A DNA stretch of 64,000 nucleotides from Eledone cirrhosa (taxonomy: Eukaryota): NCBI GenBank assembly GCA_964016885.1, contig OZ024743.1:222704001-222768000 (forward strand), given 5' to 3'. The translations under genes and the position numbers were made by a program. Under the pieces are notes generated by a model that saw only the letters and a list, made by a program, of their open reading frames with translations, had not been told where the DNA came from and made no database searches. Positions 51,203-64,000 of the stretch are shown in pieces; the first letter of the stretch is position 1; each line of letters opens with the position of its first letter.

Positions 51203-52027
51203 CTAAAAAAAAGGAAATTGGTGAAACCAAATAAAAATAATGATGATTTCTACTTTAGGCACAAAGTTAACAATTTTGGGGAGGGGAAAGTCGATTAAAT
51301 TGACCCCAGTACATTACTAGTACTTTATTTTATCAACCATATAAGGATGAAAGGCAAAGCTAACCTCGGCAGGATTTAAACTCAGAACATAAAGGGCCAC
51401 AACTATGCTGTAAAGCATAGTATCTAACACCCTACCAATACTGCAAATGCACCACCCTAATAATAATAATTATCATTATTAATATTTCTAATTTGGACAC
51501 AAGGTCAATAATTTTGGAGGGAGGAGAAAATCGATTAAATCAACTCTAGTGTTAGAACTTGATTTTATCAGTCCTAGAAGGATGAAAAGCAATGTTGACC
51601 TCGGTGGATTTGAACTCAGTGTAAAGAATCGTAACTAAATACTGCTAAATAATTTGTCCAATGTACTAGTGATTCTGTTATACCACCACCCTAATAATAA
51701 TTTTAATGTCTGCTTTCTCTGCTAGCATGGGTTGAACGGGTCTACATAGATCAAGTCAGTACTGAAGTGGTGGTTACTGATCTCCCAGACAAGCCAGAGA
51801 TCTGTCTTATGTATGGTCTCATGTTCTACTGGGTGCACAAGGAAAGTTGTCATGTCTTTGACAACTGACAGTCCTCCTATCCCTTTTGTTTGGCAAGATT
51901 CTATGGCTGAATGCCTTTCCTATCACCAACCATTTTACAACAATAATTATAATAATGATAGTTTCGTATTTAAGCACAAGGCACCAATTTGAGAGCAGGG
52001 ATAATCAATTATATTAACACCAGTAGT

Positions 52028-52031
<4 letters not shown>

Positions 52032-52126
<95 letters not shown>

Positions 52127-52577
52127 AGAGAGAGAGAAGGAGAGAGAGAGAAGGAGAGAGAGAGAAGGAGAGAGAGAGAAGGAGAGAGAGAGAAGGAGAG
52201 AGAGAGAAGGAGAGAGAGAGAAGGAGAGAGAGAGAAGGAGAGAGAGAGAAGGAGAGAGAGAAGGAGAGAGAGAAGGAGAGAGAGAAGGAGAGAGAGAAGG
52301 AGAGAGAGAAGGAGAGAGAAAGAGAGAGAAGGAGAGAGAAGGAGAGAGAAAGAGAAGGAGAGAGAGAAAAAGAAGGAGAGAGAGAAAGAGAAGGAGAGAG
52401 AGAAAGAGAAGGAGAGAGAGAAAGAGAAGGAGAGAGAGAAAGAGAAGGAGAGAGAGAAAGAGAAGGAGAGAGAGAGAGAGAAAGAGAGAGAGAGAAAGAG
52501 AAGGAGAGAGAGAAAGAGAAGGAGAGAGAGAGAGAAAGAGAGAGAAAGAGAAGGAGAGAGAGAGAGAGAAAGAGAAG

Positions 52578-52608
<31 letters not shown>

Positions 52609-52628
52609 GGAGAGAGAGAGAGAGAGAA
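52032..52628. repeat. (GA)n / GAAG compound microsatellite
   Basis: About 600 bp pure purine tract in a calpain intron. Confidence 0.97.
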
Positions 52629-53692
52629 CATGAGAACAGTAATTATGAGATATACATTAGTTACACTAAGCATGTTTGATGGATATGAGTAAAAGAGCAA
52701 GTGTAAATATTTATAAGAACCACACAGCTTTTGTTATTTACTAGGACATGTGTTTTGATGCACAGAATCAGTAGTATTACTGTAATTCATTTTGTTCTTG
52801 TTTTTATTCATTTATAAATCACATGGGATTCTGCTACTGATATGGTACTTTGGATCCTAGCTTGAATTTCAAGCCTCTCAAAAGTATTAGTATAGTCAAT
52901 TCCATAAATTTAACATTAAAAATGGTCTTTAAAAATTTGACTTTTACATGTGTATATATGGGATGTATATAATAACATTAAGAAAGATGCTGATGTTACA
53001 TAAGTAATTATTTCAACAGTTATAATTATTTCAACAGTTCCCCTTTGCAATTAACGATGTAATATATGCATTTATAGTTGGTATGGCAATGGTGTCTTCA
53101 GATGAAACTGATTATGTGATATACTGCAGGCAGAAAAACACATCCTTCTTGTGTGCCCGGCAGACATATGAGCTCTTAAAGGGTCCTCCAGCTGTTTTCA
53201 CAATTTGTGGAGCAAAGCATTATCTATGTGTCAAATAGTGATTCTGACTTCCTCCACTGACCACAGATTCAGGGTTGTAAGTTATCAAAAGAATATCTTT
53301 CTCATCTATACATAGATATGAATTCTAGACACCTACTCTATATGTAACCAGTTGCTGAATTTCTTTAGATAGCAGGTGTAATAAAAAGACTTTGAGGGTG
53401 GGCGATATAACTGTGATGACAGCTGCATTCGAGACAACAACAACAACATTGACTACAACATTAACAATCACTACTATAGCAGCTGTGATAAACTTTTAAC
53501 AACATATATGTTATAAGCAGCTACTCAAATCTATAAAACAGAAATAAACATGTAAATTCTGAAAAGTTTTGTTTTTTTCATTACAATAACATTTCTTTTG
53601 ACATTTCTCTTTTAAGATGCCCTTTAAAGTAGGGAGTATTTTAAACAGTGTTAAGTATGAAGGACATCTATTATTAACTTTATATTATATAA

Positions 53693-54095
53693 GGGCGGTG
53701 GATTGGCAGTATCGGTAGAGGGTCAGACGCCATGCTTTGACGCATAGAGTTACGGCCCTTGCCATTCTGAGTTCAAATCCCGCCGAGATTAACTTTGCCT
53801 TTCATCCTTATGGGGTCGATAAAATAAAGTACCAGTAATACACTGGGTAATTGCTGGCCTTGTGCCAAAAGTAGAAACAATTATTAACTTTATATTTGGT
53901 GGCGGTGGATTGGGAGTATCGGTAGAGGGTCGGACGCCATGCTTTTGACGCATAGAGTTACGGCCCTTGCCATTCTGAGTTCAAATCCCACCAAGGTTAA
54001 CTTTGCCTTTCATCTTTACGGGGTCGATAAAATAAAGTACCAGTAATGCACTGGGTAATTGCTGGCCTTGTGCCAAAAGTAGAAACAATTATTAA
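53693..54095 (+). mobile_element. Two tandem copies of tRNA-derived SINE family 1
   Basis: A-box-like TGGCAGTATCGG, B-box GAGTTCAAATCC, core AACTTTGCCTTTCATCCTTACGGGGTCGATAAAATAAAGTACCAG, (ATT)n tail. Over 20 further copies, e.g. 160-340(-), 13812-13982(+), 17925-18105(-), 20243-20428(+), 34548-34738(-), 38935-39122(-), 44932-45120(-), 46615-46805(-), 61430-61635(-). Confidence 0.9.
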
Positions 54096-55581
54096 CTTTA
54101 TATTTAGACAATATGCCCCCACTCCCCCCACCGCAAGATGGTCATGGAGGTGCCACGGCAAAAAAGCACCCAGCCCACACTGTAAAGTGGACGTGTAGGC
54201 GCCACGAAAAAGCACCCAGCACTCACTGTAAATGAGGTTGGTGTTAGGAAGGGCATCCAGCTGTAGAAATCAAGCCAAATCAGTTCCTGTATGAGCAAGG
54301 CATGGTCAGCCGACCAGACACTGCCCACAACAGGACAACCCGTCTAACCCATGCTAGCGTGGAAGAACGGACGTAAAACGGTGATGATGATATTTGATTT
54401 ACCATGGTTTTGGGGGCGGTAAACAATCAGGGCTAGATTTTATATGCTATTCGTGCACCCCACCAGCATTTATAACATAGCCAGGAGAAATATTTAACCC
54501 AATATAAGCTTTTAAAAATTAATCAGTAAAAACAAGGAAAATTTTTCACAGCATAAATGTTTTTACATCTTTTGATACCAACCAACATAAAAATGCCTCT
54601 GGTTCTATGAAATAAAACCATCCATTTTAAAAGGTTCCTATTTATATCAAAATCTTCCAACACAATTTGAGAGTAGAAATTTTATGTTACAAATACCATT
54701 TTAATAATTCTTTTTAACATTGATACAAGGCCAGCAATTTGAAGGAAGGAGAATTCTGATTATACTGACTCCAGTACTTAACTGGTAAGGTAAAGACTCC
54801 CTTCGGTCACGAATGACCATAGGATTTGCACCTAGAAAGTTCACCTCTGAGGCACAAGTCCAGGCAAAGTTGTTTGTGAAAGACCAGCAGTCGCCCATGC
54901 ATACCAGTCTCTCCTCTCCATGCCACCAATGTTGTCCAAGGGAAAGGCAAAAGCCGATACAGCTTGGCACTAGTGACATCGCAACTCATTTCTACAGCTG
55001 AGGGAACTGGAACAACATAAAATAAAGTGTCCTGTGCAAGAACAACTCAAAGCCCGGTTTGAGAATTGAACTCACAACCTCACAATTGTAAACCAGACAA
55101 TCTAATCACTAAGCCATACACCTTCACTTAACTGGTAATTTATTTCAAATTCCACCAGAAGTATAAAAGGTAAAGCAGTTTTGTATCAAAAGATTTAATC
55201 ATTAATAAAAAATTTAGTCTGACCAAGGAAACACTGTTTCCATTGGTATTTCCGCCATTGGTATTTTATGCCAAGTGCAACTCCTGGTAAAAGGAAACAG
55301 GATTTGAATTCAGATCACATTGAGCCTAGAGCATATACAGTCTCTTTAAGAATCCCCCCTCCCTCCATCACTATCCTTGGACATTATAAATTCTAAAAAG
55401 ATGAAAGGGAATTTGCCTGCATTGATATCTGAATTCAGCACAGAGTGCTGGAACACATGCCGAGATGAAAAAAAACCTAATTCTTCTATGACTGCTAGTT
55501 CACCATCAAAGATATAAGTAATTCAGTAAAATACTGACTTTAGTATAAAAAAAATTATTTAAGTAAAAAATAAAATCTTAC

Positions 55582-55659
55582 CAAAATTCGCCATCGTCTT
55601 CAAATGTTAACCCAATTTTACTTCGATCGTTTTTGTCAATTTTTTGCCATTCTGCTGAG
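55582..55659 (-). CDS. CAPN5: Calpain-5-like exon
   Basis: Not in the ORF track. ttcag|C TCA GCA GAA TGG...GAA TTT TG|gtaag, 78 nt; SAEWQKIDKNDRSKIGLTFEDDGEFW. Confidence 0.93.
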
Positions 55660-56494
55660 CTGAATAAAACAAAACAAATGAGGAATGAGGAATAAAATCA
55701 ACGATTCCATCAAAAACAAAACTAAAATATATCAAGAACATTTGTCTAGAACCAGAATTATTCTTTTAGAAAGGATCAATTTGAATATCCTATTTATTTT
55801 TATATCTAGTATTACCAATTCTCTAAATGAAATAGAATGTATTACATAAACATGAAAGATAAAAGCAAAATTAAGAAATGAGAACATGGAGAAGAGGTAA
55901 AGAAAGGTATATCTGGCTGTATGGAAAAGTAGAGGCTAAATTGTGTTTATATGTAGTATTGACAACTCTCTAAATTTAAACTTACCAGATTTTTTCTAAA
56001 TTTTTAACTAAAGGACAAAAATAATGTGGTGGGGAATTATACACAGGTACATGTTTTCAGAAAATTTTACTAAGCTTAAATATCATCCACATTTAACGTT
56101 CATTTTTCCATGCTAGCAAGGGTTAGATGAGTTGTCCTGCTGTGAGACAAGCCAGGTCAGATGACCATGTCTTGCTCATATAGAACTGTTTCTGGCTTGG
56201 TTTCTACAACTGGATACCCTTCCTAATGCCAGCCACATTTACTGTGTGGACTGGGTGCTTTTTATTGTGGCACTAAAACTTTACAGCAGTGTTGACTGGG
56301 TGCCTTTTGCCAGGATATCAAAATGACCACTTTACAGCATGGATTGGATGCCTTTTGTGACATCAACATGACCACTTTACAACGTGGACTGGGTGCCTTT
56401 TATCGTGGCACCAAAACGACCACTTTACAGTAGAGACTGGACGCTTCTTGTCATGCCAAATATATTCATTTCAAATGACAAGATTGCAAATATG

Positions 56495-59400
56495 TCATCA
56501 TCATCATCATCGTTTAACGTCCATCTTCCACGCTAGCATGGGTTTGGCCGGGAATTTTCCCACTTGAGGCAAGATTGGTTGTCTTGCTCATATAGGACTG
56601 TCTGGCGGGTTTTCTACGGCTGGATGCCCTTCCTAACACCGACCACGTTTACAGCGTGGACTGTGTGTTTTTTTGTCGTGACACCTACACGACCTCATTT
56701 ATTTAGGACTGGATGTTGTGGTACCAACATAACTTTACATCGAAAGTGGGTGGTGTGGATGGGTGGGGGTAGTGGGACGGGGTTGTATTTTGGTAAGAGG
56801 TGCCTACTGACTGTAGGTTTCGCTTTGCACTTAGGCAAGGCAGGTCTTCTGTATTACTGCGTAGCGCCAAAGATCTCGATCCAGTGACATTGTCTTGGAG
56901 AGGTGTAAGTGTGTGAGGTCGGAATTTATCAAATCGTCCCAGGTTTTTCTGGGTCTAACTACTCCGTAACTACCATCAATTTTGATCGCCCTGCACTTTT
57001 TTTTATACAGCTGTCGTCTTTCATGCGCATCACGTGACCATACCAACGTAGTCTTCTCTCGAGTAAACAGCATCTGATCCCTCTTATTCCTAATTTCTCA
57101 CTTAGTTCATTTATGCTTTGCCGTTCACATATATTACTATTACACATCCAAGCTTCGTTCCTCTCCAGTCTGCATAGATCCTCTGCACACAATGCCCAAG
57201 TCTCACTGCCATGTAACATTGCTGTTCGTATGCAGGCATTATACAGCCTGCCTTTCATTTTTAGAGAGAAACCTTTAGCTGCCAATAGTGGTATAAGCTC
57301 TGAACTTTTTCCATCCCGTTCTGACTAGCTACTGTACTTTCAGAGCACCCTCCACCACTGCTGATTTTGTCACCCAGGTAACGGAAGGTGTCCACTATTT
57401 CTATAGAACCATCTGTGCAATGGAATGGGCTAGTATTCTGTGGGCACTTGCTACTACTTATTGTTATAGCCTGAAGGGCAATAATAAATAGGAGGGGGCT
57501 AAGGACGGAGCCCTGATGAACACCAACTTTTACGCTAAACTCTTCACTATATTCGTTAATTCTAACCTTGCTGACTGTTTCTTTATACATGGCTTGTATA
57601 GCTCTCACAAGCCATTCATCAACACCTAATTTTCTGAGAGCCCACCAGATAATGAGGCATGGGACTGTCAAAGTCAACAAAAGCTAAGTATAGGGGTTTA
57701 CTTTTAGCTAGGTACTTCTGTAGTTGTCGTACAATGAAAAGAGTGTCTGTGGTACTTTTACCTGACACAAACCCGAACTGCATTTCATCCAGATCAATTC
57801 GCTCTCTGATTAGTTGTGCTATTACTTTTTCTGTGACCTTCATGACCTGGTCAATTAATTTAATGCCTCTATAGTTACTCCTATCTAGGGCATCTCCTTT
57901 ACCCTTGTAGCAGTTAATGATGATGCTGCTACACCAATCCTTCGGTACGACCCCATTCTGTATGACTTGGTTTACCATCCGGGTGACCATAGTGTGTCCC
58001 ACCGTTCTAGATGCTTTCAGCATTTCAGCAACTATTTCCGAAGGCCCAGCCGCCTTGCTCGTCTTCATATCTTTGATTGCCTTACTTATTATACTACCTT
58101 CAACTTGCACTGCTGGTCCCTCTATTGGATCGATGTGGGGGAGACTGTCTTTCTTCCATTTATTCTCCTCATTTAGAAGCCTTTCGTAGTGACACTTCCA
58201 AGCTACCTTCTTAACGTCAGTGAAGGCAAGTACACCATCATCATTAAGGACACACTTCTCCCCGACAATATCACGGTTTTCCTTGACAATTGTCTAGCAA
58301 TCCTGAACACCTCACGTTTTTGGTCCTCGCGTTGTAGAACATGCTTGAACTTTCTTTCCTCTGCTTCCCTTCTTGCAAAGTACACTTGTCTCCTAGCTTG
58401 CCTCATAGCCACTTGATAGTCTTCTCTACTTCCCCCCATCCCGCCATACTTTCCAAGCCTGCTTTTTGGCCTTGATTGACTCCTCCACCTTACTGTTCCA
58501 CCACCACGTTACTCTCCTCCTGCCTATAGGTCTGCTCCAGCCACAGACTTCATCTGTCGCCTTCAGCAGGTTAGCTTTCAGGAATTCCCACTGTTCCTCC
58601 ATATTGTATGACTAATTGCTCTTCCTTACTGTCAAAAGCATCAAGTAATATGCTTTTAAATTTATTACTGGCTGTGGGGTCCTTTAGCTTCCATATTTTT
58701 CTCCTGAGGATAGTCCTCCTCTGTCGTCGAGTACGTCTTGTCCTGACTATGAGGTCGCTAACTGAGTATGTTGGGAGATGCATTCTTCATGGGGGAGGGA
58801 TTTAGTGTTTACAACAGACACTATCACGTCTTCTGGTAAGGATATAATCTATCTGACTGGCGTGTTCCCCTGTTCTATAGGTGATCAAGTGATTGTCTCG
58901 TTTTTTTAAGTTAGTGTTACAAATAGTTAATTTTTTTTTCCGTCACAGAATTCCAGGATTCTGGAGCCTTCCTCATTTCTAGTACCAAACCCATAGCCTC
59001 CATGGATTCCGTCATAGCCGTCACAATGTTGTCTAACATGACCATTTAGGTCGCCAGCAATAATTATGTAGTCACTGTCGGTTATTTGGGAGGTAATGAG
59101 CATTAATGACTCATAGAATCTGTCTTTTATAACGCCAGGTAGTCCGGATTGGGGTGCGTATGCAGATATTATTGTCACAGTAGTTCTATTTAGGACAAGT
59201 CTTATTTTAATTATTCTGTCGTTCACTCTATTTACATCTATTATCTTATCTGCCCATTTTTCTGCTAGCATGATTCCTACTCCACCCAGCCCATTGTCAT
59301 TTCCAACCCAGCCCATTGTCATTTCCCACCCAGAAAAGCTTATAGCATCGTTTTTTACCCACAATGAATCTAGCAGACCCACCCTTCCACCTGGTCTCTT

Positions 59401-59720
59401 GGATACAGCAAACAACCTCCTTACGTTCAAACATTTCTACAACCTTGTTAGAGCGACCTTTTAAGGTGCCTACATTCATGGTACCAACTCTGAAGTTTTG
59501 GATTGCGTTTGGTGGGTGGGAACGGTGGGGTGCAGGGAGGGATGAGGGAGATGGGGTTATGTTGGCCATCCGCGAGCCGAAATAAAGAGGAGGAGCCCTT
59601 GCATTTTCGTCCGGCAGCATGAGGTGAATTTGTCTTTATCTTTGGCATTGTCACTGAGTGTCCAGATTTTTCAGACTCTCCAGAATTCCGAAGTCCATCC
59701 ATCATATCGAAAGGCAACCA
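56495..59720 (-). mobile_element. Near full-length decayed RTE LINE (APE endonuclease + RT) in a calpain intron
   Basis: APE motifs VGTMNVGTL, CIQETRW, SAYAPQ, GDLNGH, RNEEG. RT as in the other copies but with a deletion near 57463 removing YADD. The 5' UTR may extend to about 60100. Confidence 0.93.
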
Positions 59721-60819
59721 GGTCTAAACTTAAGAAGTGATAGCATAGGCCGCTGACTTATGATTGGGCCAAGTAATAATGGTGGTGACTGGGGTCGAGT
59801 GGGAAGAGTATGGGGTAGTTAGCGAGAAGGTTTAAATAAAATCCTCGAATTTTGGGCATATATAACAGTAATAAGAGAAGAATTATGGGATTTTAAAATA
59901 CAAGAAGATTATTTTGAACAATCATACAGAATTATAGAATAGCATTGAAAAAAGGCAAAGATTGGATTCTGGACGATGATACGGATAGATGAATGGACTG
60001 GGGGAAGATGGAGAGAAGAGAAAAAATGACATTGTACGTTACATTTCACAGAGGAGCGAGCGAGCAGCCTAGCCAGTAATAAGGGTGACAAATTCTGAGT
60101 TTTGTACCTCGCAACAGGTTTATTTTATATTTGGAGAGAGAAGGAAGGAAGGGATTGAGAGAGAGAGAACCAGCAGGGTGGATAACAATTGTTTACAAAA
60201 TGTGTGAGATAAAGATGTCAATGGCTAACATTATACAAGTTCAGAAAAGTTAATCTACATAAACATGACTGTACTTCAAGGTATATTACACACAAGGATG
60301 TCATTTATTTTTGAGCTTCAAAAACTGGGGTTATATTATACTCAAGTTATATTATATGCAAAGAAATACATCAGATATGTATTATTCAAAGCTACATAAT
60401 CAGGTTTATTGGAGAGAGGTCAAATGGGACTAATGACTTTCTCAAACTTCAAAGAAATCATTACTAAAATCTCAATTATTATTTTACATCCAGCATGGGT
60501 TGGATCGATTGTTACAATCTGAGACTAGACAGATCAGAAATCACATCTTGTTCATACGTTTAATGCCAACCATTTTACAGACTCTATGAGCATTTTATTG
60601 TGGCAGCAGCATAACCAATCTACAGAGTGCACTTGGTGTATTCTATTGTGACATCAGCACCAAGACTTTATAGAGGGTACTGGGTGTATTTTGTTCTGGC
60701 AAAATGATGTAAAAGAGAAAAAAAATAAGCATTAAGAATTTTGGGAATATGATTTTTATTACTGTTATTTGATTTAATATAGAATTTTCATGAAATTCAA
60801 CAGAAAGGATGTCACTTAC

Positions 60820-61016
60820 CCATCACTGAAGGCTCCTTTCCATTCACACTGACCCCACGGGTTGCGAAGACGAACCATTGGCATTTTCTCTCTTCCAAAC
60901 ATCCCAAACAATCCAGAACCTTCCAGATGAATATTCTTAACACAAGTAATGCCATAAGCATGACCTTTGACCAAACCTGAATCCAGCGTGGCCTCCATTT
61001 CTTCACTAGTAGTTGC
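60820..61016 (-). CDS. CAPN5: Calpain-5-like exon with catalytic His and Asn
   Basis: ttag|GCA ACT...GAT GG|gtaagt, 197 nt; ATTSEEMEATLDSGLVKGHAY...VRLRNPWGQCEWKGAFSDG (GHAY and RNPWG motifs). Confidence 0.95.
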
Positions 61017-61884
61017 CTAAAACAGATACATAATATATTTTAAATGTAGACGTCTTAGTGCAGGTAGAAAAACAGTCAACCAATATAAATAGTTGAAAAA
61101 AATTGAGTAAAGTACCCCTGGAGATGGAAAAAATTGAACACCTTATATCTTGTATGCCAGGTGAGTGCTTTAACCACTACTCTAAGGAGTCTTTTGACCA
61201 TTGATTTATGTCATCCTGCCATTAGACTTTGCTTCAAAAAGAATCCTGTGATGAGTATAAAGCCTGTCATGTGATCTGTAAAGCTAACCCTGCTTTAGCA
61301 GGGAAAATGACCCTGTAAGGATGAAAGGCAAAGCTAACCTCAGCAGAATTTGAACTCAGAACGTAGAGAGCCAGAACAAATACCACAATATATTTGTCTG
61401 ACACTATTAATTCTGCCAATAACAATGGTTTCTGATTTAGGCACAAGGCCAACAATTTTGGAGAAGAGGAAAGTCGATTAAATCTACCCCAGTGTGTTAC
61501 TGGTACTTTATTTTATCAACCCCATAAGGATAAAGGGCAAAGCTAACCTTGGCAGGATTTGAACTTAGAATGTAAAGGGACATAACTATATGCTGCAAAG
61601 CATGCTATTTGACGTGCCATAGATACTGCCAATACATCGCCAATAGTGATAATTGTTATTGACCTTAAGCTACTGTATCTCCAAACCCTTACAGATCCTA
61701 AGCTGCTGTGGACCCTAAACTCCCATGGAACCAAACTACAATGCTAGACAGAAGGTACAATTACCCCAACATGTCACAAATCTGTACTACCATGCTAGAC
61801 AAACTGCTATAAACCCTAAGTACTAAAAGGCCTATACTACAATTATGAACTCTAACTACAACACAGCAACATCAACCAACTTAC

Positions 61885-62077
61885 AGGAATTGAAGCTGCC
61901 ATAAGAGAACGACGATCCATATCCTTTTTCATTCGTTCAAATAATGCAGTTCTTTCTTCTAATTTATTTGCCACATCCAAATCTTTTAAGTTCATGACAT
62001 CAGACACGCCTCCTGTGAAATCTTCCAGAGCTTCAGCAAGTTCTCCACCATCAAGAACTTCATAATTTCCAAACAAC
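61885..62077 (-). CDS. CAPN5: Calpain-5-like exon
   Basis: taag|G TTG TTT...ATT CCT|gtaagt, 193 nt; LFGNYEVLDGGELAEALEDFTGGVS...SLMAASIP. Confidence 0.93.
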
Positions 62078-62289
62078 CTTAAAAATAAATCAAAATAAAA
62101 TTAAATTAAAAAAATAGCATCCAGTCCACATTGTATAGTTGTTGTGTAGGTGTCACAACAAAATATATATTAATGAGGCTGTGTGGTTAAGAAGTGTGTT
62201 TCACAACCACAAGATTTCGGGGTCACCCACACTGTAGCACCTTGGGAAAGTGCCTGCTTCTACAACCTTGGGTTGGCAAATGTCTCGTG

Positions 62290-62550
62290 TCCACTCCAGT
62301 GCAGTCTTCTCCCATTTTATTCTTCTTATACCCAGTTTCTCTCTCAGCTCATTCACGCTTTACTGTGCATGCACATTATATCATAAATCACTCGAAGCAT
62401 GTTCGCTTCCTTTTTCTCTAGCCTTCACATATCCTCTGTCCTTTCACATATCCCCTGTCCCTGTTTCACTTCCATGCCACATCACACTTCATATGCAAAC
62501 ATCATACAGCTGACCTTTCATTTGTAGAAATAAGCCTTTTGTTGTCAACC
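62290..62550 (-). mobile_element. Old RTE fragment
   Basis: Minus strand KGLFLQMKGQLYDVCI*SVMWHGSE resembles KGFSLKMKGRLYDACIRTAMLHGSE. Confidence 0.6.
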
Positions 62551-62938
62551 TTTCATTGTCAAAGACTTGAAAAAAAGAGTACTGTGAGTGATATGATTAA
62601 CTAAATCAAAACAGTGACACTGTATGGCCACAGTCTGATGACTAAAAACAGTAAAAAGAAAATACTGAAAGAGGTGGGATCCACATGAAAACATATCTAA
62701 AGTAAATCAACTAAAAAGTACTTATTCTTTGGGATATGTTCTCTATAAAGTATCTAGTTTAGAATAGGTACAGTTTCCCTGCGTCCTGTAGGAGGCAACT
62801 AAAAGGGTTGATATTATTAAGCTGGCGTTTGGAACATAGAGGTTCTTACATAAAATTATGATAGAAAGTTTTTAGTTAAAATGCCTAGTATCATAAAACA
62901 AGGAATAGTTACAGACAGTTTGATATTAAAAGGTTTAA

Positions 62939-63163
62939 CCCTTTCATGTCTGCGTTTCTAATGAAATATACTATTTTAATTAATGAAGAATTTTGAGGAA
63001 TTTACTAAAATTATTAATTATTTCATTACTAGGTAGTAACTTAATGTAAGGTTCTTATATAAAATTATGTTGGAAGATTTTAATTTAAATTGGAAACTTT
63101 TAAAATGGGCGATTTTATTTCACAAAACCAGAGCCTGTTTTGGTCAGTTTGATATCCAAAGGG
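62939..63163. mobile_element. Second TTAA-flanked MITE family
   Basis: TTAA-CCCTTT...AAAGGG-TTAA; related decayed copies near 37.7, 42.7, 43.0 and 47.9 kb. Confidence 0.55.
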
Positions 63164-63457
63164 TTAAAGAGTGTCACAAGTTGATGATGGAACATACACA
63201 TGTAGACTGCATGCTTTGTTGTGTCACTAACATGGCCACTATACATATATATGCACACACATTTTTACATCCATTTTTCCACACTTGCATGGGTTGGACA
63301 TATACATACACACACACACACATATATATACACACGCACACAAATACATGACTTATGGTTTAGAGAATATACCAAATATTACTTGATTCTGTCCATAAAA
63401 CAATGTATAATAATAATAATGAAATTATTGTGTACAGTGCTCAGGTGCACTACAACT

Positions 63458-63766
63458 CATCAAACTCGCACTATAGTGCGCATCAAACTCGCACTATAGT
63501 GCGCATCAAACTCGCACTATAGTGCGCATCAAACTCGCACTATAGTGCGCATCAAACTCGCACTATAGTGCGCATCAAACTCACACTATAGTGCGCATCA
63601 AACTCGCACTATAGTGCGCATCAAACTCGCACTATAGTGCGCATCAAACTCGCACTATAGTGCGCATCAAACTCGCACTATAGTGCGCATCAAACTTGCA
63701 CTATAGTGCGCATCAAACTTGCACTATAGCGCGCATCAAACTTGCACTATAGCGCGCATCAAACTT
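63458..63766. repeat. 23-bp minisatellite, about 13 copies, with an internal 14-bp palindrome
   Basis: Unit CATCAAACTCGCACTATAGTGCG; CGCACTATAGTGCG is self-complementary. Confidence 0.95.
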
Positions 63767-63824
63767 GTACAAAATTTGGCTGAGTTGAATTAAAAACAAT
63801 TCAGATTATAGCAGAAAAAATTAC

Positions 63825-64000
63825 TTTGCATAAGCTTTTTCAAGAAGAGCACTCCAAAATTCATTTCTTTCCTTGGAATGAATAAAAAGAAGTTGACCAT
63901 TCCGAGTGGGTAGTTGGTCATCAATTACAACGTCAAGCCATTCACCATAACGCCAAAAGCGAAAATGAAAAATTCCAGCGTAATCTTCAGGTTTTTCAGC
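63825..64000 (-). CDS. CAPN5: Calpain-5/TRA-3-like protease exon (partial, runs off window)
   Basis: Not in the ORF track. [59 protein letters not shown], calpain catalytic domain; ends AA|gtaa. Confidence 0.93.

Noticed and set aside
53080-53240. Short Cys-containing frame in a calpain intron
   Set aside because: About 50 codons, no recognisable motif or splice support.
57512-57522. CTGATGA heptamers inside LINEs (also 23287 and 31352)
   Set aside because: They are RT coding sequence (antisense of VHQG, or TDE codons) with no hammerhead stems.
59700-60120. HDV-like ribozyme in the RTE 5' UTR
   Set aside because: Known from some RTE elements, but I could not assemble the double pseudoknot by eye; needs a descriptor search.
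63458-63766. CRISPR-like palindromic repeats (also the 58-bp and 50-bp arrays)
   Set aside because: Units are contiguous with no unique spacers, no cas genes, and the context is eukaryotic and intronic.

Overview
AT-rich, repeat-dense animal genomic DNA. The RTE LINE and SINE families and microsatellite load suggest an octopod/coleoid cephalopod (inference). Two intron-containing genes lie on the minus strand. One is a complete 3-exon PEX11 (alpha/beta-type) peroxin, CDS 29182->15622, 267 aa from the first ATG. The other is seven exons of a calpain-5/TRA-3-type protease (64000->48233); its C-terminal exons were not found and probably fall in a 200-N gap at 47170-47369. The rest is mobile DNA: RTE LINE copies with a PHD-type finger inside the RT domain, at least three tRNA-derived SINE families, a deleted DD37D (maT) transposon, hAT- and TTAA-type MITEs, minisatellites and microsatellites. 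The main signal not explained by the ORF track is a set of minimal hammerhead-ribozyme motifs (CUGANGA-stem II-GAAA-palindromic stem III-NUH). They occur at about seven loci inserted in (TA)n tracts, several as back-to-back inverted pairs forming long hairpins, consistent with Penelope-like/retrozyme non-autonomous elements. All motif and pairing calls were made by eye; no searches were run.
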